Positions 9,406 through 18,170 of a DNA stretch of 54,172 nucleotides are shown piece after piece (position 1 is the stretch's first letter; every line of letters starts with the position of its first letter). The notes beneath the pieces are model-generated. The model was not told the DNA's origin. It ran no database searches and saw only the letters and a program-made list of their open reading frames with translations. The position numbers were made by a program, and so were the translations under genes. Source of the DNA: an uncultured Atribacterota bacterium (GTDB taxonomy: Bacteria > Atribacterota > Phoenicimicrobiia > Phoenicimicrobiales > Phoenicimicrobiaceae); assembly GCA_964438695.1 (NCBI GenBank), contig CAYTKP010000003.1, forward strand, positions 1 through 54,172, read 5' to 3'.

Positions 9406-10437
9406 ATGAAGAAGAAAGATATTAAAGATTTTACTTTAGATGAATTAAAGAAAAAATTTGAAGATTTAGGAGAAAAAAAATTTAGAGCAACTCAGTTATT
9501 TTTTTGGGTTTATAAAAAAGGTACAGAAGATTTTAATGATATGTCTGATCTTCCCGTAGTATTTAGAAAATTTCTTCACAACAACTTTTATCTTAGCAAT
9601 ATAGAATTATTAAAATTTGTTAAATCTAAAGACAAAACTGAAAAGTACCTGTTAAGATTAGAAGATGGAAGTGTAATAGAAACTGTTCTAATATTTTCAA
9701 GTAGGGGGAGGATAACTGAATGTATTTCCTCGCAAGTCGGGTGTAAATATAATTGCTTATTCTGTGAAAGTGGCAAAAAAGGTTTTACCAGAAACCTTAC
9801 GGTTAGCGAGATTTTAAATCAAGTTTTATTTGTTAAGAAAAAGATGCAGTCTAATCCTCACAATATTGTTTTTATGGGGATTGGGGAACCTTTAGATAAT
9901 TACGATAATGTTATAAAAGCAATTTGTATATTAAATTCCAAAGAGGCCTTTAATATTGGAGCAAGAAAAATCACTATTTCTACCTGTGGGATAATACCGG
10001 CAATAAGAAAGTTACAAGAATGTAATTGGCAGGTAGAATTATCAGTATCTCTTCATGCCTCCGAAAACAAATTAAGGTCTTATTTGATGCCAGTTAACAA
10101 TAAATACCCTTTATATGACTTAATAGAAGTTTGTAAAAATTATGTGAAGAAAACAAATAGGCAAATTACTTTCGAATATATTTTGATTAAAGGAATAAAC
10201 GATTCTCTTAATTATGCTGATAAATTAGCTAGACTAATTGGAGGATTTAATTTTAAGGTAAATTTAATCACTTTTAATCCTACTTCTGGTTCTCTGCTAC
10301 AATCGCCTGATATTTCACAAATTAAATCCTTCAAGGAAAAGTTATTAGTTAAAAAAATCCCTACTACTATAAGAATATCTAAGGGCAGTGATATATCTGC
10401 TGCCTGTGGTCAACTAAAGAGTCTTTATCTAAAATGA
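9406..10437 (+). CDS. rlmN: 23S rRNA/tRNA adenine-C2 methyltransferase, radical SAM
   Basis: FRATQLFFWVY N-terminus, radical-SAM CKYNCLFCESG, and C-terminal SAACGQL. Confidence 0.92.
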   Translation: MKKKDIKDFTLDELKKKFEDLGEKKFRATQLFFWVYKKGTEDFNDMSDLPVVFRKFLHNNFYLSNIELLKFVKSKDKTEKYLLRLEDGSVIETVLIFSSRGRITECISSQVGCKYNCLFCESGKKGFTRNLTVSEILNQVLFVKKKMQSNPHNIVFMGIGEPLDNYDNVIKAICILNSKEAFNIGARKITISTCGIIPAIRKLQECNWQVELSVSLHASENKLRSYLMPVNNKYPLYDLIEVCKNYVKKTNRQITFEYILIKGINDSLNYADKLARLIGGFNFKVNLITFNPTSGSLLQSPDISQIKSFKEKLLVKKIPTTIRISKGSDISAACGQLKSLYLK

Positions 10438-10573
10438 CTTTAAAAATATTGATTTATTTTATTATTTTTCTTATGTCTTATTGGATCGTCAAGTAAAAAA
10501 GAATAGCATTAATCATTATAATATTTTCTCTTTACATGATAAGAGGTACTGAATACACAATATTAAAATATTC

Positions 10574-10601
10574 TTGACTTTCTATGTATATCTGTTATAC
10601 T
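10574..10601 (+). promoter_or_regulatory. sigma70-like promoter for the tRNA gene
   Basis: TTGACT (10574-10579), 16-bp spacer, TATACT (10596-10601), about 26 nt upstream of the tRNA 5' end. Confidence 0.55.
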
Positions 10602-10627
10602 TTTAACGAAGATAATTACTTGATTAC

Positions 10628-10703
10628 GGGCCCATAGCTCAGCTGGTAGAGCAACCGGCTCATAACCGGTCGGTCCCTGGTTCGAATCCAGGTGGGCCCA
10701 CCA
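10628..10703 (+). tRNA. tRNA with CAU anticodon (elongator Met, or Ile2 if lysidine-modified), with encoded CCA
   Basis: Hand-folded cloverleaf: acceptor GGGCCCA/TGGGCCC, D arm GCTC-AGCTGGTA-GAGC, anticodon arm ACCGG-CTCATAA-CCGGT, T arm CCTGG-TTCGAAT-CCAGG, discriminator A, CCA. G1-C72 pairs, so it is not an initiator. Confidence 0.9.
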
Positions 10704-10770
10704 TTACTAACAAGGATAGTAAATTATATGAGTAAGTATATGAGAATAAAAAAATATTACTTTTTTTAAA

Positions 10771-10806
10771 ACCTTACTTCTGCCACATAAGAAGTAAGGT
10801 TTTTTT
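10771..10806 (+). terminator. intrinsic terminator after the tRNA
   Basis: 10-bp stem ACCTTACTTC/GAAGTAAGGT, followed by TTTTTT. Confidence 0.8.
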
Positions 10807-10854
10807 ATTATAAATTATAATGTTACGAATAAGAGCAGGGGGAGGAATAGTTAT

Positions 10855-11568
10855 TTGAAGAAACAGTTGGAAATGCTTTTAGAACTGCAAAGGATAGATA
10901 ATGATATAGATGAAGAAGAAAAGAAGAAAAGAAAATTACCCTCGAAATTAAATAAGATTACTATGGAAATTCAGGAATTACAAAATAATCTCATAATTAC
11001 AAAGAATACTTATAAAGAATTAAAGATTATGTTGAATAGAAAAGAATTAGATTTATCTGATAAATCTAATAAAATTAAAAAACATCAGGAGGATTTATAT
11101 GGGGGTAAGATAACCGATATTAAAGAACTTAGACAGTTGCAAGGAGTAATAGCAAACTATGAAGAAGAAAAAACTTTGATTGAAGATGAACTGTTAGATC
11201 TAATGGAAAAGATAGAAGAAAACGATAAATTGATTAATGAACTTGAAGAAGATTTAAAAGAGAAAGAAAAGCATTTACAAGATTGCCAACAAGAAATAAA
11301 ATTGATAGTCTCAAAGATAGAAGAAAAAATAAGTTCTTTTTATGATAAAAGAAAAGGGATATTAAGTAAAATAACTGATAATCATCTTCTCAAGGAGTAT
11401 GAATTATTGAGAAGGGAAAAAGATGGAAAAGCCATTGTTGAGGTTAATAGTTCTATATGTCCAGGTTGTTACCTTGATCTCCCCAGCGATACTATCTATC
11501 AATTAAAAAAGGGCCAAGTAGTGACCACTTGCCCTAATTGTAATAGAATTTTGGTTTGGAAAGGGTAA
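10855..11568 (+). CDS. coiled-coil C4 zinc-ribbon protein (COG1579-like)
   Basis: Long heptad-rich E/K/L region, then CPGC...CPNC zinc ribbon at the C-terminus. TTG start 9 nt after GGGGGAGG. Confidence 0.7.
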   Translation: MKKQLEMLLELQRIDNDIDEEEKKKRKLPSKLNKITMEIQELQNNLIITKNTYKELKIMLNRKELDLSDKSNKIKKHQEDLYGGKITDIKELRQLQGVIANYEEEKTLIEDELLDLMEKIEENDKLINELEEDLKEKEKHLQDCQQEIKLIVSKIEEKISSFYDKRKGILSKITDNHLLKEYELLRREKDGKAIVEVNSSICPGCYLDLPSDTIYQLKKGQVVTTCPNCNRILVWKG

Positions 11569-11692
11569 TTCAAATCAATTGACTTTTTTAAGATAAAATG
11601 CTATCTTTTTGGTAGCCTGAATTTCGTAAAAATCTACTGCTCTAAGATAATTTATCTTAACCGTTTTTGCTGGAATTCATTTCCCAGACTAT

Positions 11693-12150
11693 CTTATAAG
11701 TAGACCAGGTAATCGCGGAAGAAGAATAATTTCTTTCGAGGAAAGTCCGAGCTCCGTAGGGCAAAGTGCTGGGTAATCCCCAGTGAGGGTGACCTCAAGG
11801 AAAGTGCTACAGAAAATATACAGCCTGGTACCCAATCCCAAAATTAATTAGAAAAGATAGTTTTAAGTTTAAAAAATGAATAAAAAAGATTTTTTAAAAG
11901 TAATTTAATCTCAGGATTGAGTGCCGGGTAAAGGTGAAAAGGTAGGGTAAGAGCCTACCAGTTGTTAGGTGACTAACAAGCTTAGTAAACCCCACTTGGA
12001 GCAAGACCAAATAGGAAGAGTTGTGGTGGCCCGCTGAATCTTCGGGTAGGTCGCAAGAGGTGTAAAGTAATTTACATCCCAGAGAGATGATTACCGCCCC
12101 TATCATTAATAGATAAGGGAACAGAACTCGGCTTATGGTCTACTTATAAG
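11693..12150 (+). ncRNA. rnpB: RNase P RNA, bacterial type A
   Basis: P1 pairing CTTATAAGTAGACC / GGTCTACTTATAAG. Conserved P4 strands GAGGAAAGTCCGAGCTC and ACAGAACTCGGCTTA. GGTAAAGGTGAAAAGGTAGGGTAAGAGCCTACC module. AT-rich extension of ~75-95 nt in the P12 position. Confidence 0.92.
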
Positions 12151-12159
12151 AATAATATA

Positions 12160-12217
12160 GAAAAGAAAAAGAGACATACAACAGAATTCTTTTAATTGTA
12201 TGTCTCTTTTTCTTTTC
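12160..12217 (+). terminator. long hairpin after rnpB (terminator or processing stem)
   Basis: Perfect 21-bp stem GAAAAGAAAAAGAGACATACA / TGTATGTCTCTTTTTCTTTTC with a 16-nt loop. Confidence 0.6.
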
Positions 12218-12421
12218 TATATTCCAATTTCTTCTTCAATAGTATACCTCAAAGAATTAATTTTGTAGTTTTAACTCTATTTTCTTCGAGATCAAAAAAA
12301 TAAGAATTATGTATTTATGTGCTTATTATCTAAGACACACTAAATATGTGGTATTTATTACTTTTTTTAAAAAAAAGAAAAATATTTTTTTAAAAAAAGA
12401 GGATTTTTTAAAAAAATGTAG

Positions 12422-12466
12422 TATAATTAATATCAGAAAGTGGAGCAAAGTGGAGCAAAGTGGAGA
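12422..12466 (+). promoter_or_regulatory. Pmra -10 element plus three MraZ-box direct repeats
   Basis: TATAAT at 12422-12427. GTGGAG at 12440, 12450 and 12460 (AAAGTGGAGC repeated with exact 10-bp periodicity), about 25 nt upstream of mraZ. Confidence 0.65.
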
Positions 12467-12487
12467 ATTAGGTAAAAGAGGATATTT

Positions 12488-12919
12488 ATGTTTTTAGGGC
12501 AATATGAACATACTGTTGATGAAAAGGGAAGATTGATTGTACCTGCAAGATACCGAGAATCTTTGGGGAATAATTTTATAATTACTTTTGGTCTTGATAT
12601 ATGTCTTTTTGTATATCCTCTTGAAGAATGGAAAAATCTGTCAGAAAAATTAAAGTCGCTTCCTTTAGGTCAAAGAGATGCCCGAGCATTCAAAAGAATA
12701 CTTTTTTCTCGAGCAACCACTTGTTCATTAGATAGTCAAGGTAGAGTTGTCATTATGAAGTATCTGAGAGATTATGCACATATCAAGAGAGAAGTTATGG
12801 TTATCGGAGTTTTAGATAGGCTGGAGATCTGGAGTAAGGATATCTGGCAAGGATACTTTAAAAAGATTGAAGATTCATATGAAGATATTGCCGAAAGGTT
12901 ATATGAACAGGAGACTTAA
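12488..12919 (+). CDS. mraZ: transcriptional regulator MraZ
   Basis: FLGQYEHTVDEKGRLIVPARYR plus a second SpoVT/AbrB-like repeat DSQGRVVIMKYLR. First gene of the dcw cluster. Confidence 0.95.
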   Translation: MFLGQYEHTVDEKGRLIVPARYRESLGNNFIITFGLDICLFVYPLEEWKNLSEKLKSLPLGQRDARAFKRILFSRATTCSLDSQGRVVIMKYLRDYAHIKREVMVIGVLDRLEIWSKDIWQGYFKKIEDSYEDIAERLYEQET

Positions 12920-13070
12920 TTAGAAGGTCAGATTTTAAAATTTTTGTGCTCTAAATTAAGCTTCTTTTAGCTGTTTTTCAGGCATAAATCTGAATAAGGA
13001 ATAAATTTTAACAAGTTTATTAGGACAGGAAATAGTATTGTATAGAAGGGAAAGCAATAACAAAAAGCAT

Positions 13071-13108
13071 AGAGAGGTTTCAGGGGAGTTTATCCCCTTA
13101 GTAATCTT
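13071..13108 (+). repeat. dcw spacer hairpin motif, copy A (upstream of rsmH)
   Basis: AGAGAGGTTTCAGGGGAGTTTATCCCCTTAGTAATCTT, with hairpin GGGGA-GTTTA-TCCCC. Confidence 0.5.
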
Positions 13109-13111
13109 ATA

Positions 13112-14038
13112 ATGGATTCTTTTCATATACCCGTGCTCTTAAAAGAAGTTTTGCATTACTTAATTCCTAAAAAAGGAGGTGGTGTATATATTGATTGCAC
13201 CTTAGGAGGTGGGGGGCACTCAAAAGCTATCTTAGAAAGAATATATCCCGATGGCTTATTAATTGGTATAGATCGGGATATAGAAGCAATTAAGGCAGCA
13301 AGAAAAGAATTGAGCAATTTTCTTGATAGGGCTATATTGATTAGAGATAATTTTAAAAATTTAGAAGAAATCCTATCTAATTTAAAGATAAAGGTAATAG
13401 CGGGGGTACTGTTTGATTTAGGAGTGTCTTCTCACCAACTAAGAGAGAGGGAAAGAGGATTTAGCTTCCGAGAAGATGGTCATCTGGATATGCGAATGGA
13501 CCCAACCCAAAAGTTTAATGCAAGTACATTGATTAATAATTATACAGAGGAAGAATTAGTCAGAATATTTGGAAAATATGGAGAAGAACGCTTTTCAAAA
13601 AGAATTGCCCGATTGATTGTTTTAGAGCGACAGAAAAATCCTATAACTACTACCAAACAATTAGCTGATCTGGTTATAAGAGCTCTTCCAAAAGCTAAAA
13701 AGAGAGGGAGATGGAGAATCCATCCAGCTACCAGAGTTTTTCAGGCAATAAGGATAGAGGTGAATCAAGAGCTTGATCTTTTAGAAAAAAGTTTAAATCA
13801 GGTAATTAAGGTTTTAGAGGATAAGGGCAGAATTTGTGTAATTTCCTATCATTCATTAGAAGACAGGATTGTCAAGAATGTATTTAAAAAAGCGGAAAGA
13901 GAAAAAGTAGCAAAAGAAAATTATGGATTGAAAATTATAACCAAAAAACCGATTAGAGCCTCTCAAGAGGAGATAAAAAGAAATCCTAAAGCCAGAAGTG
14001 CTAAATTAAGGGTGGCAGAAAAGGCAATTATTCACTAA
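13112..14038 (+). CDS. rsmH: 16S rRNA m4C1402 methyltransferase
   Basis: HIPVLLKEV, DCTLGGGGHS, DLGVSSHQL and SYHSLEDRIVK motifs. Confidence 0.95.
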   Translation: MDSFHIPVLLKEVLHYLIPKKGGGVYIDCTLGGGGHSKAILERIYPDGLLIGIDRDIEAIKAARKELSNFLDRAILIRDNFKNLEEILSNLKIKVIAGVLFDLGVSSHQLRERERGFSFREDGHLDMRMDPTQKFNASTLINNYTEEELVRIFGKYGEERFSKRIARLIVLERQKNPITTTKQLADLVIRALPKAKKRGRWRIHPATRVFQAIRIEVNQELDLLEKSLNQVIKVLEDKGRICVISYHSLEDRIVKNVFKKAEREKVAKENYGLKIITKKPIRASQEEIKRNPKARSAKLRVAEKAIIH

Positions 14039-14047
14039 CCATTAATT

Positions 14048-14083
14048 TTTAGCATCAGAATTTTTTAAAATCCTGATGCTAAA
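14048..14083 (+). other. hairpin between rsmH and ftsL (possible attenuator)
   Basis: 11-bp stem TTTAGCATCAG / CTGATGCTAAA. The T-run begins only ~10 nt downstream, so it is not a canonical terminator. Confidence 0.3.
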
Positions 14084-14145
14084 AGACAAATTCTTTTTTG
14101 AATTATATATAACCAAAACCCTAAACATAATAAAGGGGTGAAAAG

Positions 14146-14604
14146 ATGGCAAGAAGAAGAAAAGAAGTAGAATATAAATATAATAGTAATAATTATCGCA
14201 AGGGTAAAAGTATTTTTGCTAACTGTGGTTTATTTTTGCTATTAATGTTTTTTATTACCTCTATAACTATTTTTTATATTTCTAACACTATTACTTTAAC
14301 AGAATTAGGCTATAAATTAATAGAATTAGAAAATTACAAAATAAAATTAGCTGAAGAGAACAAAAAACTCGAACTTATGGCAGAAACTCTTTCTTCCTTG
14401 GATAGAGTTGAAGAGATTGCTTGTAATCATTTAGGAATGATAAGGCCTAAAGAAGTTGAATTTATTGCTTCACTTCCTACTTCAAAAATTAATTCAGAGG
14501 AAAAGGTAGGGGAAATTAGCAACAATTATGAAGGAGAAAAATATTTTTGGGCAAGTTTTGATTTAAAAAAAATAAACAACTTGATTTTATCAGCGCTAAA
14601 ATAA
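14146..14604 (+). CDS. ftsL: cell division protein FtsL-like (single TM plus coiled coil)
   Basis: Basic N-terminus, one TM segment (LFLLLMFFITSITIFYI), coiled coil, and the conserved RVEEIACNHLGMIRP. Sits between rsmH and ftsI. Confidence 0.75.
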   Translation: MARRRKEVEYKYNSNNYRKGKSIFANCGLFLLLMFFITSITIFYISNTITLTELGYKLIELENYKIKLAEENKKLELMAETLSSLDRVEEIACNHLGMIRPKEVEFIASLPTSKINSEEKVGEISNNYEGEKYFWASFDLKKINNLILSALK

Positions 14605-14642
14605 TATACTTGTAGCAATGAGAGTAAAAAAGGTGGGAATAG

Positions 14643-16328
14643 TTGTTGCTTGTCAGAGAAAAGAAAAGACGAATTACTTTTTTATTTATACTGGCTATTA
14701 TCTTTTATTTTTTATTAATTTATAGATTATATAACATTCAGGTCATTCAAAGTAATAAATATAAAGAACTTGCTCAACAAGAGCATCTGACTTCGTTTTC
14801 TATTGAAGGAGAGCGAGGGAATATTTATGATAGAAATTTAAAAAAATTAGCCGTAAATGTTAATACAAAATCTTTATTTGCTATTCCCCCTCGTATACAA
14901 GATCCTCATAAAACTGCCCAACTACTTTCTTCTGTTTTAAATTTAGAAACAAAAGAAATATTAAGTAAATTAAACCAAAAAAACTCTTTTGTATGGATAA
15001 AAAGAAAATTAAATGACATAGAAGTGGAAGAAGTAAAGAAATTAAATTTGCCAGGTCTGGATTTTCTAGACGAAAATAAAAGATATTATCCACGAAAAAA
15101 ATTGGCTTCCAATCTGTTAGGTTTTGCAGGAATAGACAATCAGGGATTGGAGGGATTAGAATTATATTTCGAGAAAGAGTTGAAGGGTTTGCCTAGTTTG
15201 GTGATTTTAGAGAGAGACGCCTCTGGAGGTAAAATTCCTTTTGGTATTAAAAGGTTTAGCAATTATCAAGATGGTAATTCGATAGTTTTAACTATTGATG
15301 AAGTAATACAATATATTACTGAAGAAGCTCTGGATAAGGCTTTTTATCAATATAAAGCAAAAACTGGCGTTGCTATCGTAGTAAAACCTAAAACTGGTGA
15401 AATATTGGCAATGGCCGTAAGACCTTCTTTTGACCCCAATTATTTTAATAGATTTTCTCGAGATTTATGGAGAAATAGGGCAATTACTGACATTTATGAG
15501 CCTGGTTCGACTTTTAAAATAATCACTATAGCAACTGCCTTAGAAGAAGGGGTAGTAAAGTTAGATGATCAGTTTTATTGCAAGGGATGGATAAAATATA
15601 ACGGGAATATCTTTCACGATATTGAACCACATGGTGCACAAGATCTTACCGGTATAGTGAAAAATTCCTGTAATATCGGGGTCATTCAAGTTGGAACTAG
15701 ATTAGATGAAAAAGTTTTTGAGAAATCGATAAGAAGATTTGGATTTGGGTCACTTACTGAGATAAGCCTACCAGGGGAAGTAAATGGCCTGGTGAGAAGT
15801 GTAAAAGATTGGTCAAAAATTTCCTTGGCATCTTTGTCTATTGGCCAGGAAATTGCTGTAACCCCGATTCAGTTAATAATGGCTATTTCGGCTATAGCTA
15901 ATAGAGGGACCTTAATGAAACCAATGATAGTTAAAGAAATTGTAGATTCCCATCAAAATAGGGTTAAAGTATTTAAGCCAAAACCCGTAAGACAAGTGGT
16001 ATCGACTGAAACAGCCCTAACTATGACTAAAATATTAGAACAAGTTGTAATCGATGGAACTGGCAAAGGTGCCAAAGTTCCTGAATATAGAGTGGCAGGC
16101 AAAACTGGAACAGCCCAGAAATTTGATTTTTCTACCGGAAAATATTCTAAGAATAAATATAGCGCTCTATTTGTAGGTTATGCTCCTGTTGAAAATCCGC
16201 AAATAGCTATTTTGGTTTTATTGGATGAACCTCGAGGAAGTTATTATGGAGGAATAGTCGCAGCTCCAGTTTTTAAAGAAATTGCTTCCAAAGCCCTTCC
16301 TTATCTATCAATTCCTCCTAATGAATGA
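14643..16328 (+). CDS. ftsI: class B penicillin-binding protein (septal transpeptidase)
   Basis: N-terminal TM anchor and PBP dimerisation region. SxxK (GSTFK), SxN (NSCN) and KTG (GKTGTAQ) motifs. TTG start. Confidence 0.9.
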   Translation: MLLVREKKRRITFLFILAIIFYFLLIYRLYNIQVIQSNKYKELAQQEHLTSFSIEGERGNIYDRNLKKLAVNVNTKSLFAIPPRIQDPHKTAQLLSSVLNLETKEILSKLNQKNSFVWIKRKLNDIEVEEVKKLNLPGLDFLDENKRYYPRKKLASNLLGFAGIDNQGLEGLELYFEKELKGLPSLVILERDASGGKIPFGIKRFSNYQDGNSIVLTIDEVIQYITEEALDKAFYQYKAKTGVAIVVKPKTGEILAMAVRPSFDPNYFNRFSRDLWRNRAITDIYEPGSTFKIITIATALEEGVVKLDDQFYCKGWIKYNGNIFHDIEPHGAQDLTGIVKNSCNIGVIQVGTRLDEKVFEKSIRRFGFGSLTEISLPGEVNGLVRSVKDWSKISLASLSIGQEIAVTPIQLIMAISAIANRGTLMKPMIVKEIVDSHQNRVKVFKPKPVRQVVSTETALTMTKILEQVVIDGTGKGAKVPEYRVAGKTGTAQKFDFSTGKYSKNKYSALFVGYAPVENPQIAILVLLDEPRGSYYGGIVAAPVFKEIASKALPYLSIPPNE

Positions 16329-16424
16329 ATATCTCGTATTCCTGGAACTCTTTTTCAGGAATATATATTTCACGGGGAACAAGTCTTGTGAAACGAAGAT
16401 TTTTAGATAAGGAGATTGTTTGGA

Positions 16425-16453
16425 TTGAAAGGAAATAGACAATACTATATACT
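16425..16453 (+). promoter_or_regulatory. possible internal promoter ahead of murE
   Basis: TTGAAA (16425-16430), 17-bp spacer, TATACT (16448-16453), inside an unusually long 336-nt ftsI-murE spacer. Confidence 0.4.
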
Positions 16454-16664
16454 ATAATACGAAATTTAGAAAACATTTCAGATTATTAAAATTTTAAAAA
16501 ATTCGATAATCCTATAATGAATTTATGTAATCATTTTTATGGGCGTAAGTTTAAAAAATAATAGATTGTAAAAAGATTATTGAGAAAAATTTCTTATAAA
16601 ACCGGAATAAAATAAAAATGGAAAAGGAGTTTAGGAGGGATAGAGCCTCTGATTATCTTGTTTT

Positions 16665-18170
16665 ATGAAGTTGAGTGAATTAATTAACAATTTAGAGATT
16701 AAAGAAATTAATGGTGATTTAAATTTAGATATAAAAGGCATTAGTCACGACTCTCGAAATATAAAGAGAGGTTATTTATTTGTATGCATAAAAGGTTTTG
16801 TCTTTGATGGACATTGCTTTATTGACGAAGCTGTTAACAAAGGGGCTATTGCTTTAGTGGTAGAACAAGAAGTTTACGCACCGCCACATATTACTATAAT
16901 AAAAGTAGAGAACAGTCGTCAGGCTTTATCTCTTTTAGCTAATAAGTTTTATGAATTTCCTTCCCGAAAATTGAAATTAATCGGGGTTACTGGCACAAAT
17001 GGTAAAACTACAATAGCTTATATGTTAAGAGCTATTTTTTGTGAAGCAGGATACAAAACAGGATTGTTAAGTACTGCTCAAAACATAATAGGTAATAATA
17101 TTAATGTTTCCCATATGACTACTATGGAGTCAGTTGATCTCCAAAAGAGTCTTAAAGAAATGGTACTGCAAAAGAATGAGTATGCAGTAATAGAAGTATC
17201 TTCTCATGCGTTAGCACTCTCTAGAATAGTAGGATGCGACTTCGATGTGGCTGTTTTTACCAATATCAGCAATGAACATTTTGAAATCCATAAAAATTTT
17301 ACTAATTATTTAGAAGCAAAGAAGAAATTGTTCTTGTATTTAAATGACAGCAGTAAAGAAAAATCAAAAAAGTTTGCAGTAATTAATATTGATGAAAAAT
17401 ATAGTCAGGAATTTGTTAATTGTAATAGAGTAAATTTAATCACCTATGGCATAAAACAAAGAGCAGAAGTTAGAGCAACAAATATAGAAATTAACTTACA
17501 AAATTCTTCGTTTATTGCTGAAACTCCCTCAGGTAAGGTTAAGATATTTTTAAATTTTAGCGGAAAGTACAACATATATAATGCTTTAGCTGCTATAGCA
17601 GTGTCTATTACTCAGGGCATTTCTCTTGAGAAAATCTCTAAGGCTTTGAGTAAATTTAACGGAGCCCCGGGTAGATACAAGTTGCTTGATTTTGGGCAAA
17701 ATTATACTATTGTTGTAGATTTTGCCCATAATTATCACGGATTAGGGAATATACTGCGGAATTTACGCACCTTTACTGATCATCATATTATAACAGTGTT
17801 TGGACATGGTGGTGAAAAGTATAACAAAGTAAGAGCCATTATTGGAGAAGTCTTAGGTAGATACAGTGATTATGTTATCATAACTACGGATAACCCCAAA
17901 AGTGAAGATCCTTTAAAAATTGCTCAGGAGATTGAAGAAGGATTGAAAAGGACAGATAAAAACTATGTTATTATTGTTGACCGAGTGAAAGCAATTAGGC
18001 ATGCCCTGGAGAAAGCCAATCAGAGTGATATAGTTTTGATAGCTGGGAAAGGCCCTGAGAATGAGCAAATTTATCAGAATAAAGTGATACATCACAATGA
18101 TGAAGAGGTTGTGAAAAAAATATTAATGGAGAGAGAAAAAAATTGGAAGGACATAAAGTCAGAGAATTAA
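16665..18170 (+). CDS. murE: UDP-MurNAc-L-Ala-D-Glu:diamino-acid ligase
   Basis: GVTGTNGKTT P-loop and Mur ligase middle and C-terminal domains. The specificity motif reads DNPK rather than DNPR. Confidence 0.9.
   Translation: MKLSELINNLEIKEINGDLNLDIKGISHDSRNIKRGYLFVCIKGFVFDGHCFIDEAVNKGAIALVVEQEVYAPPHITIIKVENSRQALSLLANKFYEFPSRKLKLIGVTGTNGKTTIAYMLRAIFCEAGYKTGLLSTAQNIIGNNINVSHMTTMESVDLQKSLKEMVLQKNEYAVIEVSSHALALSRIVGCDFDVAVFTNISNEHFEIHKNFTNYLEAKKKLFLYLNDSSKEKSKKFAVINIDEKYSQEFVNCNRVNLITYGIKQRAEVRATNIEINLQNSSFIAETPSGKVKIFLNFSGKYNIYNALAAIAVSITQGISLEKISKALSKFNGAPGRYKLLDFGQNYTIVVDFAHNYHGLGNILRNLRTFTDHHIITVFGHGGEKYNKVRAIIGEVLGRYSDYVIITTDNPKSEDPLKIAQEIEEGLKRTDKNYVIIVDRVKAIRHALEKANQSDIVLIAGKGPENEQIYQNKVIHHNDEEVVKKILMEREKNWKDIKSEN

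Noticed and set aside
10628-10854. tRNA(CAU) gene as a possible integration hotspot for a mobile element
   Set aside because: No integrase, no duplicated tRNA 3' segment seen by eye, and a clean terminator followed by ordinary housekeeping genes.
11894-12106. 70-aa minus-strand ORF
   Set aside because: It lies entirely inside the well-supported RNase P RNA gene on the opposite strand.
12440-12465. Tandem GTGGAGCAAA repeats considered as a possible mini CRISPR or satellite
   Set aside because: There are only three 10-bp units with no spacers. Their position and periodicity fit MraZ operator boxes instead.
12309-12497. 62-aa ORF (MYLCAYYLRHTKYVVFITFFKKKKNIFLKKEDF...) upstream of mraZ
   Set aside because: It is translated from A/T homopolymer runs, giving a low-complexity K/F-rich product. 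It spans the mraZ promoter and MraZ boxes and overlaps the mraZ start. It is almost certainly non-coding.
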